Assembly (NCBI GenBank): GCA_965216725.1
Contig: CBDCGI010000005.1
Coordinates: 10,343-74,342 of the forward strand
DNA from: Acidimicrobiia bacterium
GTDB taxonomy: Bacteria; Actinomycetota; Acidimicrobiia; Spongiisociales; ZC4RG35
Length of the DNA stretch: 64,000 nucleotides
Reading direction: 5' to 3'
The notes under the pieces are model-generated. The model ran no database searches and was not told where the DNA came from. It saw only the letters and a program-made list of their open reading frames with translations. This document shows, piece after piece, positions 1-9,100 of this stretch. The translations under genes and the position numbers were made by a program. The number at the start of each line of letters is the position of its first letter. Position 1 is the stretch's first letter.

Positions 1-857
1 TGGCTCAAACCCATACCGAGAACTCGACCACCGCGACCGAATCATGGAGAGGCTGGCGCCGCAGTGTCTTCTACGCGATCGTCACGGTGCTACTCGTGGG
101 AGTGGGGATCGTCTTCTGGAAAGTCAACCTGTTCCCGATACTGGCCTGGCTACCCGAGGAATTTCTCAACGACTTCTATGCATCACAGCTCGAGTTCGAT
201 CACATAACTCACGGAGACTTCGGGCCTCACGTCATTCACTATCTCGCGATCTCAGCCACGCACTGGTCGCTGATGATCGGGTTGGCGTTGCAGTACAGGA
301 ACCCGCTCTCAAAGGTTGCGCCGATGTGGCAAGTCACGGGTGGAATGACAGTGGTCACACTGACATACCCGTTCGCTGACGTCTCCCGAATCCCACCACC
401 TGTGTTTGCCATCATCGCCCTGGCCGTCGTCGCCGGATTGCTCCATCCCGCGCGCATTTTCAAGACGGCACCGAAGTTTCGTGACAGGCCGATGTGGGGC
501 TTAGCGCTGGCGGCAGCGGTACCGGTTGTGTTCATGATCGTCGACCAACTCGGGCTGCAGGCATCAGGCGTTGAGGCTGACCCCCACTGGCAAGGTCTGC
601 ACTACAACTTCATGGGTGAATTCGGACTCATCTTCCTGCTGGTACTGACACTTGGTGCGAGCTCCTTGCCGGGCTGGCGTTACTCGGTGTGGACCGGAAC
701 CTTCCTCGCTGCGCTGATGGGCATGGGCTTCGTCGTCTACCCGGATATGTCATCCAGCCAGGGACTCCTCTGGGGGCTGGCTCTAGTCGGTTTCGCTGGT
801 CTCTGGATCACCCTGGGTGAAAGGCGATATCGCACTGCGGTCGGAGTTCGAGGGTGA
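1..857 (+). CDS. Polytopic membrane protein X1, 5'-partial: the reading frame is open to the window start. Paralogous to the product of 3472..4212.
   Basis: Long ORF with multiple hydrophobic helices and no stop back to position 1 in frame. A C-terminal W-R/S-Y/F-S-V-W-T-G-T block is shared with the 3472..4212 product. Confidence 0.5.
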   Translation, partial: AQTHTENSTTATESWRGWRRSVFYAIVTVLLVGVGIVFWKVNLFPILAWLPEEFLNDFYASQLEFDHITHGDFGPHVIHYLAISATHWSLMIGLALQYRNPLSKVAPMWQVTGGMTVVTLTYPFADVSRIPPPVFAIIALAVVAGLLHPARIFKTAPKFRDRPMWGLALAAAVPVVFMIVDQLGLQASGVEADPHWQGLHYNFMGEFGLIFLLVLTLGASSLPGWRYSVWTGTFLAALMGMGFVVYPDMSSSQGLLWGLALVGFAGLWITLGERRYRTAVGVRG

Positions 858-859
858 CA

Positions 860-1468
860 ATGGGAACTGGCCGCGCCGTTGCCGTCGGTGCGGGCCTCGG
901 CTTGGCTTGGGCGGTCTCATTTCGGGCCTGGATGACCCATCTCCAGTTCGACTTCTTCAAGTCTTGGCCCGTCTACACCTGGAAAGGAACCTTCCTTTCG
1001 GTTGTGCTTCCTGCTGTGTTGGTGGGAGCACTACTCGGCTACGACTGGCAGCGACGCCGGCAAGACCAACCACGAATTCCGCTTGCCGTCTGGTCGCCGA
1101 TGCTGATGGCCATCATTCCAGCACTCCTCGCTGAAGACTTCATCGGCACCCTCCTCGAAAACGGGATGGGGAGTGGAGCCATCGCCATCGTCTTGATCGG
1201 GATGGGTGGCGGCTTCGCAATCTCGGGGCGGGGACTGGCTTGGCTCCGACTAGCGGTTGGATTGATCTTCGTCAGCGTCCTCACGGTCATGGCTGTCGGC
1301 TTCTACTTCTGGGATCGTTCCATTTCAGCATCCGGAGGATTCGGGGCTGTGTACCTGGTGGTCCTGCTCGTGTCGCTATCGATCGCTTTCTCAGTTCCGA
1401 TGACGGAACTGCAGGCGATCGGCCACCCCTACCGCGACGCCATAGAGGTGCCCTCAAGGATCTCGTGA
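860..1468 (+). CDS. Membrane protein Y1, paralog of 2879..3475.
   Basis: ATG at 860 (GTG at 854 overlaps the upstream stop as GTGA). RAWMTHLQFDFFKSWPVYTWKGTFLSVVLPAVLVGALLGY aligns with RSWMTHLAIQFNDWPRFTWEGTFLAVLLPAAVVGALIGW in 2879..3475. Multi-TM. Confidence 0.55.
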   Translation: MGTGRAVAVGAGLGLAWAVSFRAWMTHLQFDFFKSWPVYTWKGTFLSVVLPAVLVGALLGYDWQRRRQDQPRIPLAVWSPMLMAIIPALLAEDFIGTLLENGMGSGAIAIVLIGMGGGFAISGRGLAWLRLAVGLIFVSVLTVMAVGFYFWDRSISASGGFGAVYLVVLLVSLSIAFSVPMTELQAIGHPYRDAIEVPSRIS

Positions 1469-2145
1469 TCGTTCCACTTCTCAGCGACTTCGGGGCGAAG
1501 GAGAAGCTGACTCAGCGATCGGTAGAGCCAGAGCTTGTAGTCGCCTACTTCCCAACCGCGTTCCTCGACCAACAGCCGATAAGTCTCGATGCTGTTAATT
1601 GCGAAGGAGACGTCTGCGGCGGCTGCAGGTGTGAGGTCTTCCTTGAGGTCACCAGTAGCCGCCACCGCTTCCATCTGAGAGTGGATCGATTTCCATCTGG
1701 AGGACATCAGGAGTTCCCAGGCCTCTGCGATGTCTGGCTCGGTCGCCATGGCCGCGACCACCGTGGGGTAGATCGGGGCAAATCGCCGGTAGATATCGGC
1801 GCCGTTTTCGCACGCCAGGGCCAGGGTCCTTCGCCCGTCGGATGCGTTGAGGGCTTCGTCCACCCAATCTCGACTCGCTGTGTCGGTGGGCTCATCGGTT
1901 CTGCCGGCCATGAACATGAAGAGCTCTCCGAGGAGACGAGCCTTCGTATTGAAGACGTAGTACACCGTCTGTACAGCAACTCCAGCCTCGTCGGCGATGG
2001 CTTCGACGGTGGTCCCCGCATACCCGTGCTCGGAGAAGAGACGGCGGGCCGCCTGCAGGATCGACCTTCTCGTGGCGGCGGCTTTCTCTTTTCTCGTTGT
2101 CGTCTCTTTGGCGATGGTGTCTCGTCTCCCGATCCGGACTATCAG
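1429..2145 (-). CDS. TetR-family transcriptional regulator. The start codon is unresolved: no ATG, GTG or TTG lies in frame upstream of the HTH.
   Basis: Manual translation upstream of the track ORF gives RKEKAAATRRSILQAARRLFSEHGYAGTTVEAIADEAGVAVQTVYYVFNTKARLL, a classic TetR N-terminal HTH. An in-frame stop at 2176-2178 bounds the 5' end. Only CTG (2143-2145), ATA or ATC are available as starts. Confidence 0.7.
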   Translation of the reverse strand: MIVRIGRRDTIAKETTTRKEKAAATRRSILQAARRLFSEHGYAGTTVEAIADEAGVAVQTVYYVFNTKARLLGELFMFMAGRTDEPTDTASRDWVDEALNASDGRRTLALACENGADIYRRFAPIYPTVVAAMATEPDIAEAWELLMSSRWKSIHSQMEAVAATGDLKEDLTPAAAADVSFAINSIETYRLLVEERGWEVGDYKLWLYRSLSQLLLRPEVAEKWNDHEILEGTSMASR

Positions 2146-2780
2146 GACATCTTGGTCGGTGTCAGCGGTGCTGCCTCATCAGACATGTTCGACACTTCCA
2201 TCAATGCGGCAACCGACATCGCGACCAGGAACCCCTGTGCTCCCACTAGAGGCCATGCCGCCCACCCACTTGCGATGAACACGGGCGTCACCACCAGCAC
2301 TGGCCAGAGCCCTGCAGCCAGTATTGAGTATCGGCGCCAACCGATCCATTTCCGTTCTCGGACTGCCTTGACTCCGGCAACGATCAGTCCCGCGCCAGAT
2401 ACGAGGGCTGCTGCTCCAAGCACTCCGGTCACGACGACACCTGCGGTCGAATCAACAGGAGACTCGCGAAACAGAATGTACGCCAGCTCAGCAGGGACCA
2501 TCACTCCAAACGCGATTGCAGAGGTCGCCAAGGCACCGACTGCCGTCCCATTGGTTGCGTCGGAGTGACGAACACCCCAAGTTCCCGCTACCGCACCTGC
2601 GTGTACTACAGCCAGGACACAAGCCGTCCACCACACCTCTTCTGCCGCAGCCGGATAGCTGAGCTGGGTATCGGCCACCCGTGGTCCAACGACCATGTCT
2701 TTCAGGCCAAGGATCAGGCCGAGAGCTCCTCCAATCACCCCGAACCAACTCAGACGTTTCACCAACATTCGACGCAGCAT
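2142..2780 (-). CDS. Membrane protein, co-oriented upstream of the TetR gene.
   Basis: Hydrophobic multi-TM ORF. An internal ATG at 2780 is preceded by AAAGGAGGA with 6-nt spacing, which is preferred over the GTG at 2810. The stop at 2142-2144 abuts the TetR region. Confidence 0.55.
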   Translation of the reverse strand: MLRRMLVKRLSWFGVIGGALGLILGLKDMVVGPRVADTQLSYPAAAEEVWWTACVLAVVHAGAVAGTWGVRHSDATNGTAVGALATSAIAFGVMVPAELAYILFRESPVDSTAGVVVTGVLGAAALVSGAGLIVAGVKAVRERKWIGWRRYSILAAGLWPVLVVTPVFIASGWAAWPLVGAQGFLVAMSVAALMEVSNMSDEAAPLTPTKMS

Positions 2781-2878
2781 GATCGATCCTCCTTTGCTAG
2801 AGTGAGCCACTAGTGACGAACTATAGTACCGACTCTGGAAGCCGTCCGAAGAATGTCAAGACGGTTCACAGCGGGACG

Positions 2879-3475
2879 ATGCCCAGGGTTCGCGCCGTTG
2901 CCATCGGCGCCGCTGTTGGTCTAGCTTGGGCACTCGCTCTGCGCTCCTGGATGACTCACCTGGCCATTCAGTTCAACGATTGGCCGAGATTCACCTGGGA
3001 AGGCACGTTTTTGGCCGTGCTCCTGCCCGCGGCTGTTGTGGGAGCGTTGATCGGCTGGAACAGTGCGACCGGGGTCGGGAATAGCCGTGGTCGGCGGTGG
3101 GTGATGTGGTCTCCCGTGCTCCTGGCTGTGGGACCGGCACTCCTCGCGGACGATTTCGTAGGAACGCTCATGGACACAGGTGAAGGCAGTGGGGCCCTGG
3201 GTGTCGTCATCATCGGCATCTGCGGTGGGTTTGCGATCTCGGACCGCGGTCGCCCCTGGCTGCGCTGGACCAACGGACTCATCGCTGTGGGGGTCACCGG
3301 CGTCATGACCTACATCTTCTACTTCGCCGAACCGCCGTTCACGAGCAGCGACGCCTTTGGAGCCCTATTGCTAGTGATGCTGATGCTTGGGCTCGCCTTG
3401 GGTTGCTCGGTTCCGAGGCGGGAGTGGGGGCCAACCGGCAAACCCGTTGAGAGCGTCCACCTGGAGACACGATGA
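2879..3475 (+). CDS. Membrane protein Y2, paralog of 860..1468.
   Basis: See 860..1468. The ATG at 2879 aligns with the paralog's N-terminus (MPRVRAVAIGAAVGLAWAL vs MGTGRAVAVGAGLGLAWAV). The track ORF begins at the GTG at 2813. Confidence 0.55.
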   Translation: MPRVRAVAIGAAVGLAWALALRSWMTHLAIQFNDWPRFTWEGTFLAVLLPAAVVGALIGWNSATGVGNSRGRRWVMWSPVLLAVGPALLADDFVGTLMDTGEGSGALGVVIIGICGGFAISDRGRPWLRWTNGLIAVGVTGVMTYIFYFAEPPFTSSDAFGALLLVMLMLGLALGCSVPRREWGPTGKPVESVHLETR

Positions 3476-4212
3476 GCTTCGGCCTCCTTCGAAGTGCGTT
3501 GTCCCAACCCACAAGGGGCGGTGCAATCTCCGGGGCGGCGGCAGTGACGACGCTGGCCATCGGAGGCTCTTTGGCAACCTTCTTTCTGTCGTCCGCTCTG
3601 TGGCTCTCTCGTATGGGCTTTGCGACTCCGGGCGGTTCTGGCGGTCGCCCTTGGACCGTGTGGTTCGTGACTGTAAGCCTTCTACTTGTTCTCCTTCCGC
3701 CCTTCCCGGGAGGGTGGGTGTGGGGCTGGGGGCTTGCACGCATGTTTGACCGTCCGACGCGATCTGCGGCCAAAACCGGGGCGTTGGCATTCGGGGGAAT
3801 GGTATGGCTGACTGCCGCCCCCACCGATCTCACACAACTGTGGCTCGATGGCCTCCCCGCATGGATGCCCTGGGACGTCCATGGCTACTTCACGGTCGTC
3901 TTCATGGTCGAAGTAGCGGTTGTAGGCGGCGTCGCCGCCTGGCGTCTCGCCAAGCGACTCGGCTCCGGACGCTGGAGTTTCTCGGTTGGCGTCTGGACCG
4001 GAACGGCGGCCGCCCTCGGGTTTCTCATCGGCTCGGTCGTGGCTGCCGCTGTCGGCTTCCGGATCTACCCGTGGGTGAGACTGTCGATGGTCTGGGCGTT
4101 TCTTACCGCACTCCCGTTTTCAACCGTGGCTGCGGGTGCCGTGCTCGGTGCTTTGCTGCACCAGTCTCTACGCATGGATACAGATGAACGCGAATTCGTG
4201 GCCCGGCTCTGA
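3472..4212 (+). CDS. Polytopic membrane protein X2, paralog of 1..857. Its start overlaps the previous stop (ATGA).
   Basis: Multi-TM. Shares the C-terminal GRWSFSVGVWTGTAAALGFLIGSVV block with PGWRYSVWTGTFLAALMGMGFVVYP of the first gene. Confidence 0.5.
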   Translation: MSFGLLRSALSQPTRGGAISGAAAVTTLAIGGSLATFFLSSALWLSRMGFATPGGSGGRPWTVWFVTVSLLLVLLPPFPGGWVWGWGLARMFDRPTRSAAKTGALAFGGMVWLTAAPTDLTQLWLDGLPAWMPWDVHGYFTVVFMVEVAVVGGVAAWRLAKRLGSGRWSFSVGVWTGTAAALGFLIGSVVAAAVGFRIYPWVRLSMVWAFLTALPFSTVAAGAVLGALLHQSLRMDTDEREFVARL

Positions 4213-4343
4213 GACATCGGACGTGGGCTCTATCAATCTCTCCCAGACGTCGACCTTGCGGCCATCCGAACTCGACCGAGCCACCAATCTTGAGTCCAGC
4301 TCGGGAGTCCTCGACTTTGGTCGTTTGAAGTCAGAGAACCAGC

Positions 4344-4553
4344 CTTGTGGGGCGCCTGTGGACCGCCAGATCTCGCCGATCACCAATATCGGTGGTGAAG
4401 AGCGATCGCGAATCGCCCTGACCAGGGGATTCGGTGGAGCTGATCGGATTTGAACCGACGACCCCCTCGTTGCGAAAGATGCGGTCAAACCTCTCTGACC
4501 AGGGGAAACGCGCCGGTTGTGGTCCTTTGTGGGGCGGCTGTGGGCCGAGCGAC
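4344..4553 (-). repeat. Composite element A: R1 motif (4344-4375), CTGACCAGGG box, a tRNA-Ala 3'-half-like pseudo-tRNA (about 4432..4510, minus strand) whose 5' half is replaced by a GGTCA..TGACC hairpin, then R2 motif (4515-4553).
   Basis: The segment TTCGCAACGAGGGGGTCGTCGGTTCAAATCCGATCAGCTCCACC matches the tRNA-Ala at 16083..16159 from the anticodon loop to the acceptor 3' strand, with compensatory T-stem changes. It is flanked by cttgtggggcgcctgtgga... and gttgtgg..tttgtggggcggctgtgggccgagcgac. Confidence 0.6.
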
Positions 4554-4646
4554 ATGAGAGGTCGCGAGACGTGGTGAGATGAGGCAGCCAGTTGCTTCCG
4601 ATTTTGTCGTCGTGGGCGCAGGTCGCTCTGCCATGTCCGACCGCCG

Positions 4647-6056
4647 CTAGGACGGTCGGATGTTCTGATTCATGTGAAAAACGTTGTTGGGGTCGTACCG
4701 ATCCTTGAGCGTCACGAGACGCTCGTAAGTGTCGGCACCGTAGGCAGAGCGCACGGCGTCATCCGTCTCATTGGCGAGGAAGTTGAGATACGGATCGCCT
4801 GCCCCGACCAGCTGGAGATCATCCCAGGTGTCCCTCACCCAACTCACATGGTCGCTTCTCGGCTCGCCTTCGTCCCACTGGCCGATCACATTGAATACAA
4901 AGGGCTTGGTTCGATGCGGAAACGCGGTGGCCGAGTCGTCCACTCGACGTACCGCACCACCTAGATGATGCAGATGGAACGTGGAGTGCGGATTCAGGTT
5001 CTCAAGACTCCGACAACGTTCGACGATCGTCCCGATGACTTCCACAGAGAGCGTGTCGAGGTACGCCGTCTTCCAGTAGTTATGCGACCCGTATGGGGCC
5101 GAATTGTCGAACATGGACTGCAGAGCCAGATAAGGCATTGGGCCGACGATGTCGACTTCAGCCGCGGTGAAGTCTCGTAGCGGTTTGAGAGACGCCTCTG
5201 CCTGGCCTTGATCGCCTATGTGGCAGCAAGCGACAGCCACCATTGGGCTGCCAACCAGCTCGGAGGGAACAAATGGCGCCGGAGGAGCAGTGAGGAAAAC
5301 CACCATCGTTGTCAAGTCATCGGGAAGGTTCTCAACCCAATTCGAGTAGAACGACAGAAGATCCTCCGCCTTGTCGGCGCCATACATGATCACCCCTCCG
5401 TAGATGATTGGACCCACCTCGTGAAGCTCGTACTCGAACTCGGTCACGACGCCGAAGTTCCCGCCACCTCCGCGAAGCCCCCAGAGAAGCTCGCTGTTCT
5501 CCTCTTCATCGGCTCGAACGAACTGTCCATCTGCAGTGACCACATCTGCTCCGATGAGGTTGTCAACGGCTAGACCGTGGCGCCGCATCAGCCAGCCGAT
5601 GCCGCCACCCAGAGTGAAGCCGGCGATTCCAGTGGAAGTCACCAGACCCCCGGTCGTTGCCAATCCAAACGCCTGCGTCTCGTGGTCCAGCTCGCCCCAC
5701 AAGACACCGCCCTGAGCTCGGGCCCGTTTCGACTTCGGGTCTACGCGAATGCCTTTCATTGGCGACAGGTCGATCACAAGTCCGCCGTCCACCGTTGCGA
5801 AGCCGGCGACGTTGTGGCCACCACCACGGATGGCGATGTCAAGATCTTCGCTCCTTGCGAACTTGATGGCCTCGGTTACGTCAGCCGCCCCAACGCAACG
5901 AACGATCAATGCGGGATGTCTGTCGATATCCCCGTTCCACACAGTCCGGGCTTCTTCGTAGACGGCATCTTCGGGCGTCACCACCCATCCCCGGATCGCC
6001 TCTCGGAGCTCTTGTACGGTCGCATCGCCGAGTCTGGAGATTTGGGTGGTAGCCAT
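4647..6056 (-). CDS. FAD-linked oxidase of the BBE/VAO-like family (FAD-binding PCMH domain plus BBE-like C-terminus).
   Basis: RGGGHNVAGFATVDGGLVIDLSPM FAD-binding motif region. C-terminal YLNFLANE...YGADTYERLVTLKDRYDPNNVFHMNQNI is a typical BBE C-terminus. ATG at 6056. Confidence 0.8.
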   Translation of the reverse strand: MATTQISRLGDATVQELREAIRGWVVTPEDAVYEEARTVWNGDIDRHPALIVRCVGAADVTEAIKFARSEDLDIAIRGGGHNVAGFATVDGGLVIDLSPMKGIRVDPKSKRARAQGGVLWGELDHETQAFGLATTGGLVTSTGIAGFTLGGGIGWLMRRHGLAVDNLIGADVVTADGQFVRADEEENSELLWGLRGGGGNFGVVTEFEYELHEVGPIIYGGVIMYGADKAEDLLSFYSNWVENLPDDLTTMVVFLTAPPAPFVPSELVGSPMVAVACCHIGDQGQAEASLKPLRDFTAAEVDIVGPMPYLALQSMFDNSAPYGSHNYWKTAYLDTLSVEVIGTIVERCRSLENLNPHSTFHLHHLGGAVRRVDDSATAFPHRTKPFVFNVIGQWDEGEPRSDHVSWVRDTWDDLQLVGAGDPYLNFLANETDDAVRSAYGADTYERLVTLKDRYDPNNVFHMNQNIRPS

Positions 6057-6177
6057 TGAGGTTGCCTTTCAGAGTCCCTCTTCGGGCCGATGTCGGCCCG
6101 AATGCATTCCGCCACTTCTACACCCCGGCTCTTTGCGACGGCTTAGCAATGCCTTGCCAAACTTCTGTCGGCCGAAC

Positions 6178-9100
6178 TCACTTGTCCAAAGACGCCCGGA
6201 GCGTCAAACACCGGTTCGCCTCATCCTCATGGCCAATTCGCTCGAAGGTCTCCGCGGCCTCGGTCAAACACAGGTAGGCCTCCTCTTTGAGCCCTGCCGC
6301 CCGCTGAGCTTCTCCGAGATCGCGCTTAGTGCAGGCGATGTTGAGGCCGAACTCGCCAAAGGCGGCGACCACCGGCAGGGACTCGTTCAGTAGCGACACC
6401 GCAGACTCGGCGTCACCGCCAGCCAGAGCCGCTTGGGCTCGCTCGGTTCCGACCAACGCCAGGCCGATGCGGTCGGCTCGTTGCCGACACAACTCTGTGG
6501 CCTCCTCGAGATAGCTCGCGGCCTCATCCAATCGTCCGCGATCCGCCAGAACACGGACAATGCTGATGAGGCTGGCAACGACCCCTCGCAAGTGGCCGAT
6601 TCGTCTCCTCGAGTTGAGACTTCGCATCAGGTGATGCTCAGCCGCATCGAGGTCTCCGCTCTCGAAATCGAGTTGGCCCCGCCACGACAACGCAAGAGCC
6701 TGACCACTTTCGTCTCCGACTTCCTCGTAATGTCGAAGGGCTGCGTCCAGCAACGAGGCGACCTGATCTAACCGCCCAGACAGCCTCTCGATGTTCGCCC
6801 TAGCCACAGCCACGGAGGCGCTGGCATGACGGCCGATTCCGTCTTCCAGAGAAACGAATGTCTCGCACCACATGTACAAGGTTTCGCCTCTACGTCTGGT
6901 CGGAGCCCAAGCACCCAGCGTGTAGATGTCGAAGACACCAGGAGTCTCGAGGGTCGAGAGGAGCGTCTCGGCTCGATCGAGAAATGCTCCAGCTTCGTCA
7001 TAGTCGAGTCGGAATGTGGCGAGCATGGCCAGGCAGAGATATGCGGAGACCTCGAGCGCATCATCATCAACGCCACGCGCCAGGTCACGGGCTTGTTTGA
7101 ACAAGGCACCCGCGATCTCGAATTCGTCGCGATCGAATGGTCCTATCGCTGCGAGTAGCAGTGCCCGGCCAACCCGCGAATCGTCTGCCAGGGCCGTCGC
7201 CTCTGCGGCGCTCAGAGCGGCGAAACGCTCCATCTCCTCGAATCCCTTCCATCGAAAGGCAACCGCGGAGGCTGCCAACAGCAGGTCTGCCCGATCAGCC
7301 GACGGTCCAGATGCGTGCTCGAGTACACGCTCGATCAACTCGAGCCCTTCACCTAGATGGGCCAGCCAGAGCCAATAGGGCCACAGTCGCGACGCGAGAC
7401 GAACGGCAAGGCTGGGACTCGTGGCCAAGAGATGGTCGACTGCAGGGCCAAGTTCATCGCGTACCGCCGAGAGACGCGCGACCAGTTCAGCGCGGTCCGA
7501 CGCATCGGTCATCCCGCCGGATTCTGACAATCGGAGCAACCACTCGGCGTGGGAGTCCCTCGTTTCTCGGAGAGCACCCTGGTGTCGCAAGGAGTCGAGG
7601 CCGTACTCTCTCATCGTCTCGAGAAGGCGATAGCGGAACTGTCCGTCGGCCGTGATAGCGACCATCGACTTCTCGGCCAGACGACTGAGAAGAGAGGCAA
7701 TCTCACCCTGGATGTCCGACTGCGCTATCGACTGGGCTGCCTCCAGATCAAATGGACCGTTGAACACCGACAGCCTCAGAAACAAAGACTGCTCCGGTTC
7801 TGAAAGCAGATCGAAACTCCAATCGACGGTGGCCTTGAGGGTCCGCTGGCGACTCAAGGCAGTTCGCGCCCCGTCTACCAAAAGCCCCAAACGGTCATCG
7901 AGATTCTTCGCAACGTCGGCGACTGACAAGGTAGGAACGCGTGCCGCAGCCAGTTCGAGCGCCAAAGGCATACCATCGAGCCGGAAACACACCTGAGCAA
8001 CCTCGGTCATGTTTTCTTCGCTGACTTCGAAGTCTGGTTGCACGGCCTGGACCCGCTCACGAAACAACGTGATCGCGTCGAACCGATACATCTCGTCTGC
8101 GGGCGGCAGGTCAGTCGGGTCGGGTACGCGCAACGACGAGACTCTGCGAACTATCTCTCCCGGAACTCGGATCGGCTCTCGACTCGTGGCGAGCACAGTC
8201 AATCCGGGACAGCTCTCCAGGAGGTTTGCCATGGCTACGGCCACGCCATCAGCAACGTGTTCGCAATTGTCCAATATCAGAAGCACTTCGTCCTCGGCGA
8301 TTCGGTCGGCGACAGCCTCGACGGCGGTTCTATCAGGCCCGCGGCGAACGTCCAGAGCCCTCATCAGCTCCGCGGACACCTCATCTGCCCGTGCCACCGG
8401 GGCAAGTTCGACGAGGAACACACCACCACTGAAGTCGTCGAGATGCCTTCGGCCCGCTTCAACGGCCAGCCGAGTCTTTCCGCATCCTCCGGGACCGACC
8501 AGTGTCACCGTCCGACCACTAGACAGCGCCTCTCCGAGTTCGCGCAGCTCCTTCTCTCGCCCGACGAAACTCGACAAGGGAGCACCGATATTCGTCGCAG
8601 GTCGCGACCTGGAAGACGCTCCCGGCTCGACCGGTAACAAGCGGCCCATCGCGATTTCGTCACGAAGACTCTGCGACGTCTTGTCGGGTGCAACGCCCAA
8701 TTCGTCTTGCAGGACCCGCTCCAGCACGTCGTACTGACGCGCAGCAGCGCTCCTTTCGCCCGCCTTGGCGTAGAGCCGCATCAGCTCTCGATGAGCTGAC
8801 TCGTTGGTCGGATCCTCCACCAGGATCTGGCGCAAGAGGTCCGCCGCCGCGTTCGCCTCACCAGAGTCTTCGAGCGCGTTGGCCAGCCCACGCATGAGGT
8901 CCAGATTCAAGCGGTGAAGGATCTCCCGTCGCCCAATTGCCCAATCTGAATATCGATCATCCGGCAGGAGTTCTCCTGGGTAGAGATTCAGAGCGGTCTC
9001 GTAGTCCAATCTTGTCTGACTAACCAGCGCGTGACGCGCCGCAGACTCGAACTCCTCGACGTCCACCGAGAGCCCTCCGCCAGGGCACAAGACCAACGTC

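Noticed and set aside
1240-2568. Long ORFs in the track that lie antisense to, or out of frame with, recognisable genes: 1240..2568 +, 26515..27642 -, 43329..44453 -, 45585..46445 -, 8009..8737 +, 7137..7655 + and 20540..21100 +.
   Set aside because: They overlap well-supported genes (TetR/membrane, spermidine-synthase-like, acnA, SARP regulator, plsY) and translate to Arg/Pro/Ser/Ala-rich low-complexity sequences. These are typical spurious ORFs of high-G+C DNA.
4432-4510. Two-piece or permuted tmRNA, or an independently functional tRNA-like gene, at copies A and B.
   Set aside because: The T-arm and acceptor 3' strand are tRNA-Ala-like, but no 5' acceptor partner (GGGGCUG-like) is found nearby. 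Actinobacteria are not known to have permuted tmRNA. It is kept as a structured repeat pending covariance analysis.
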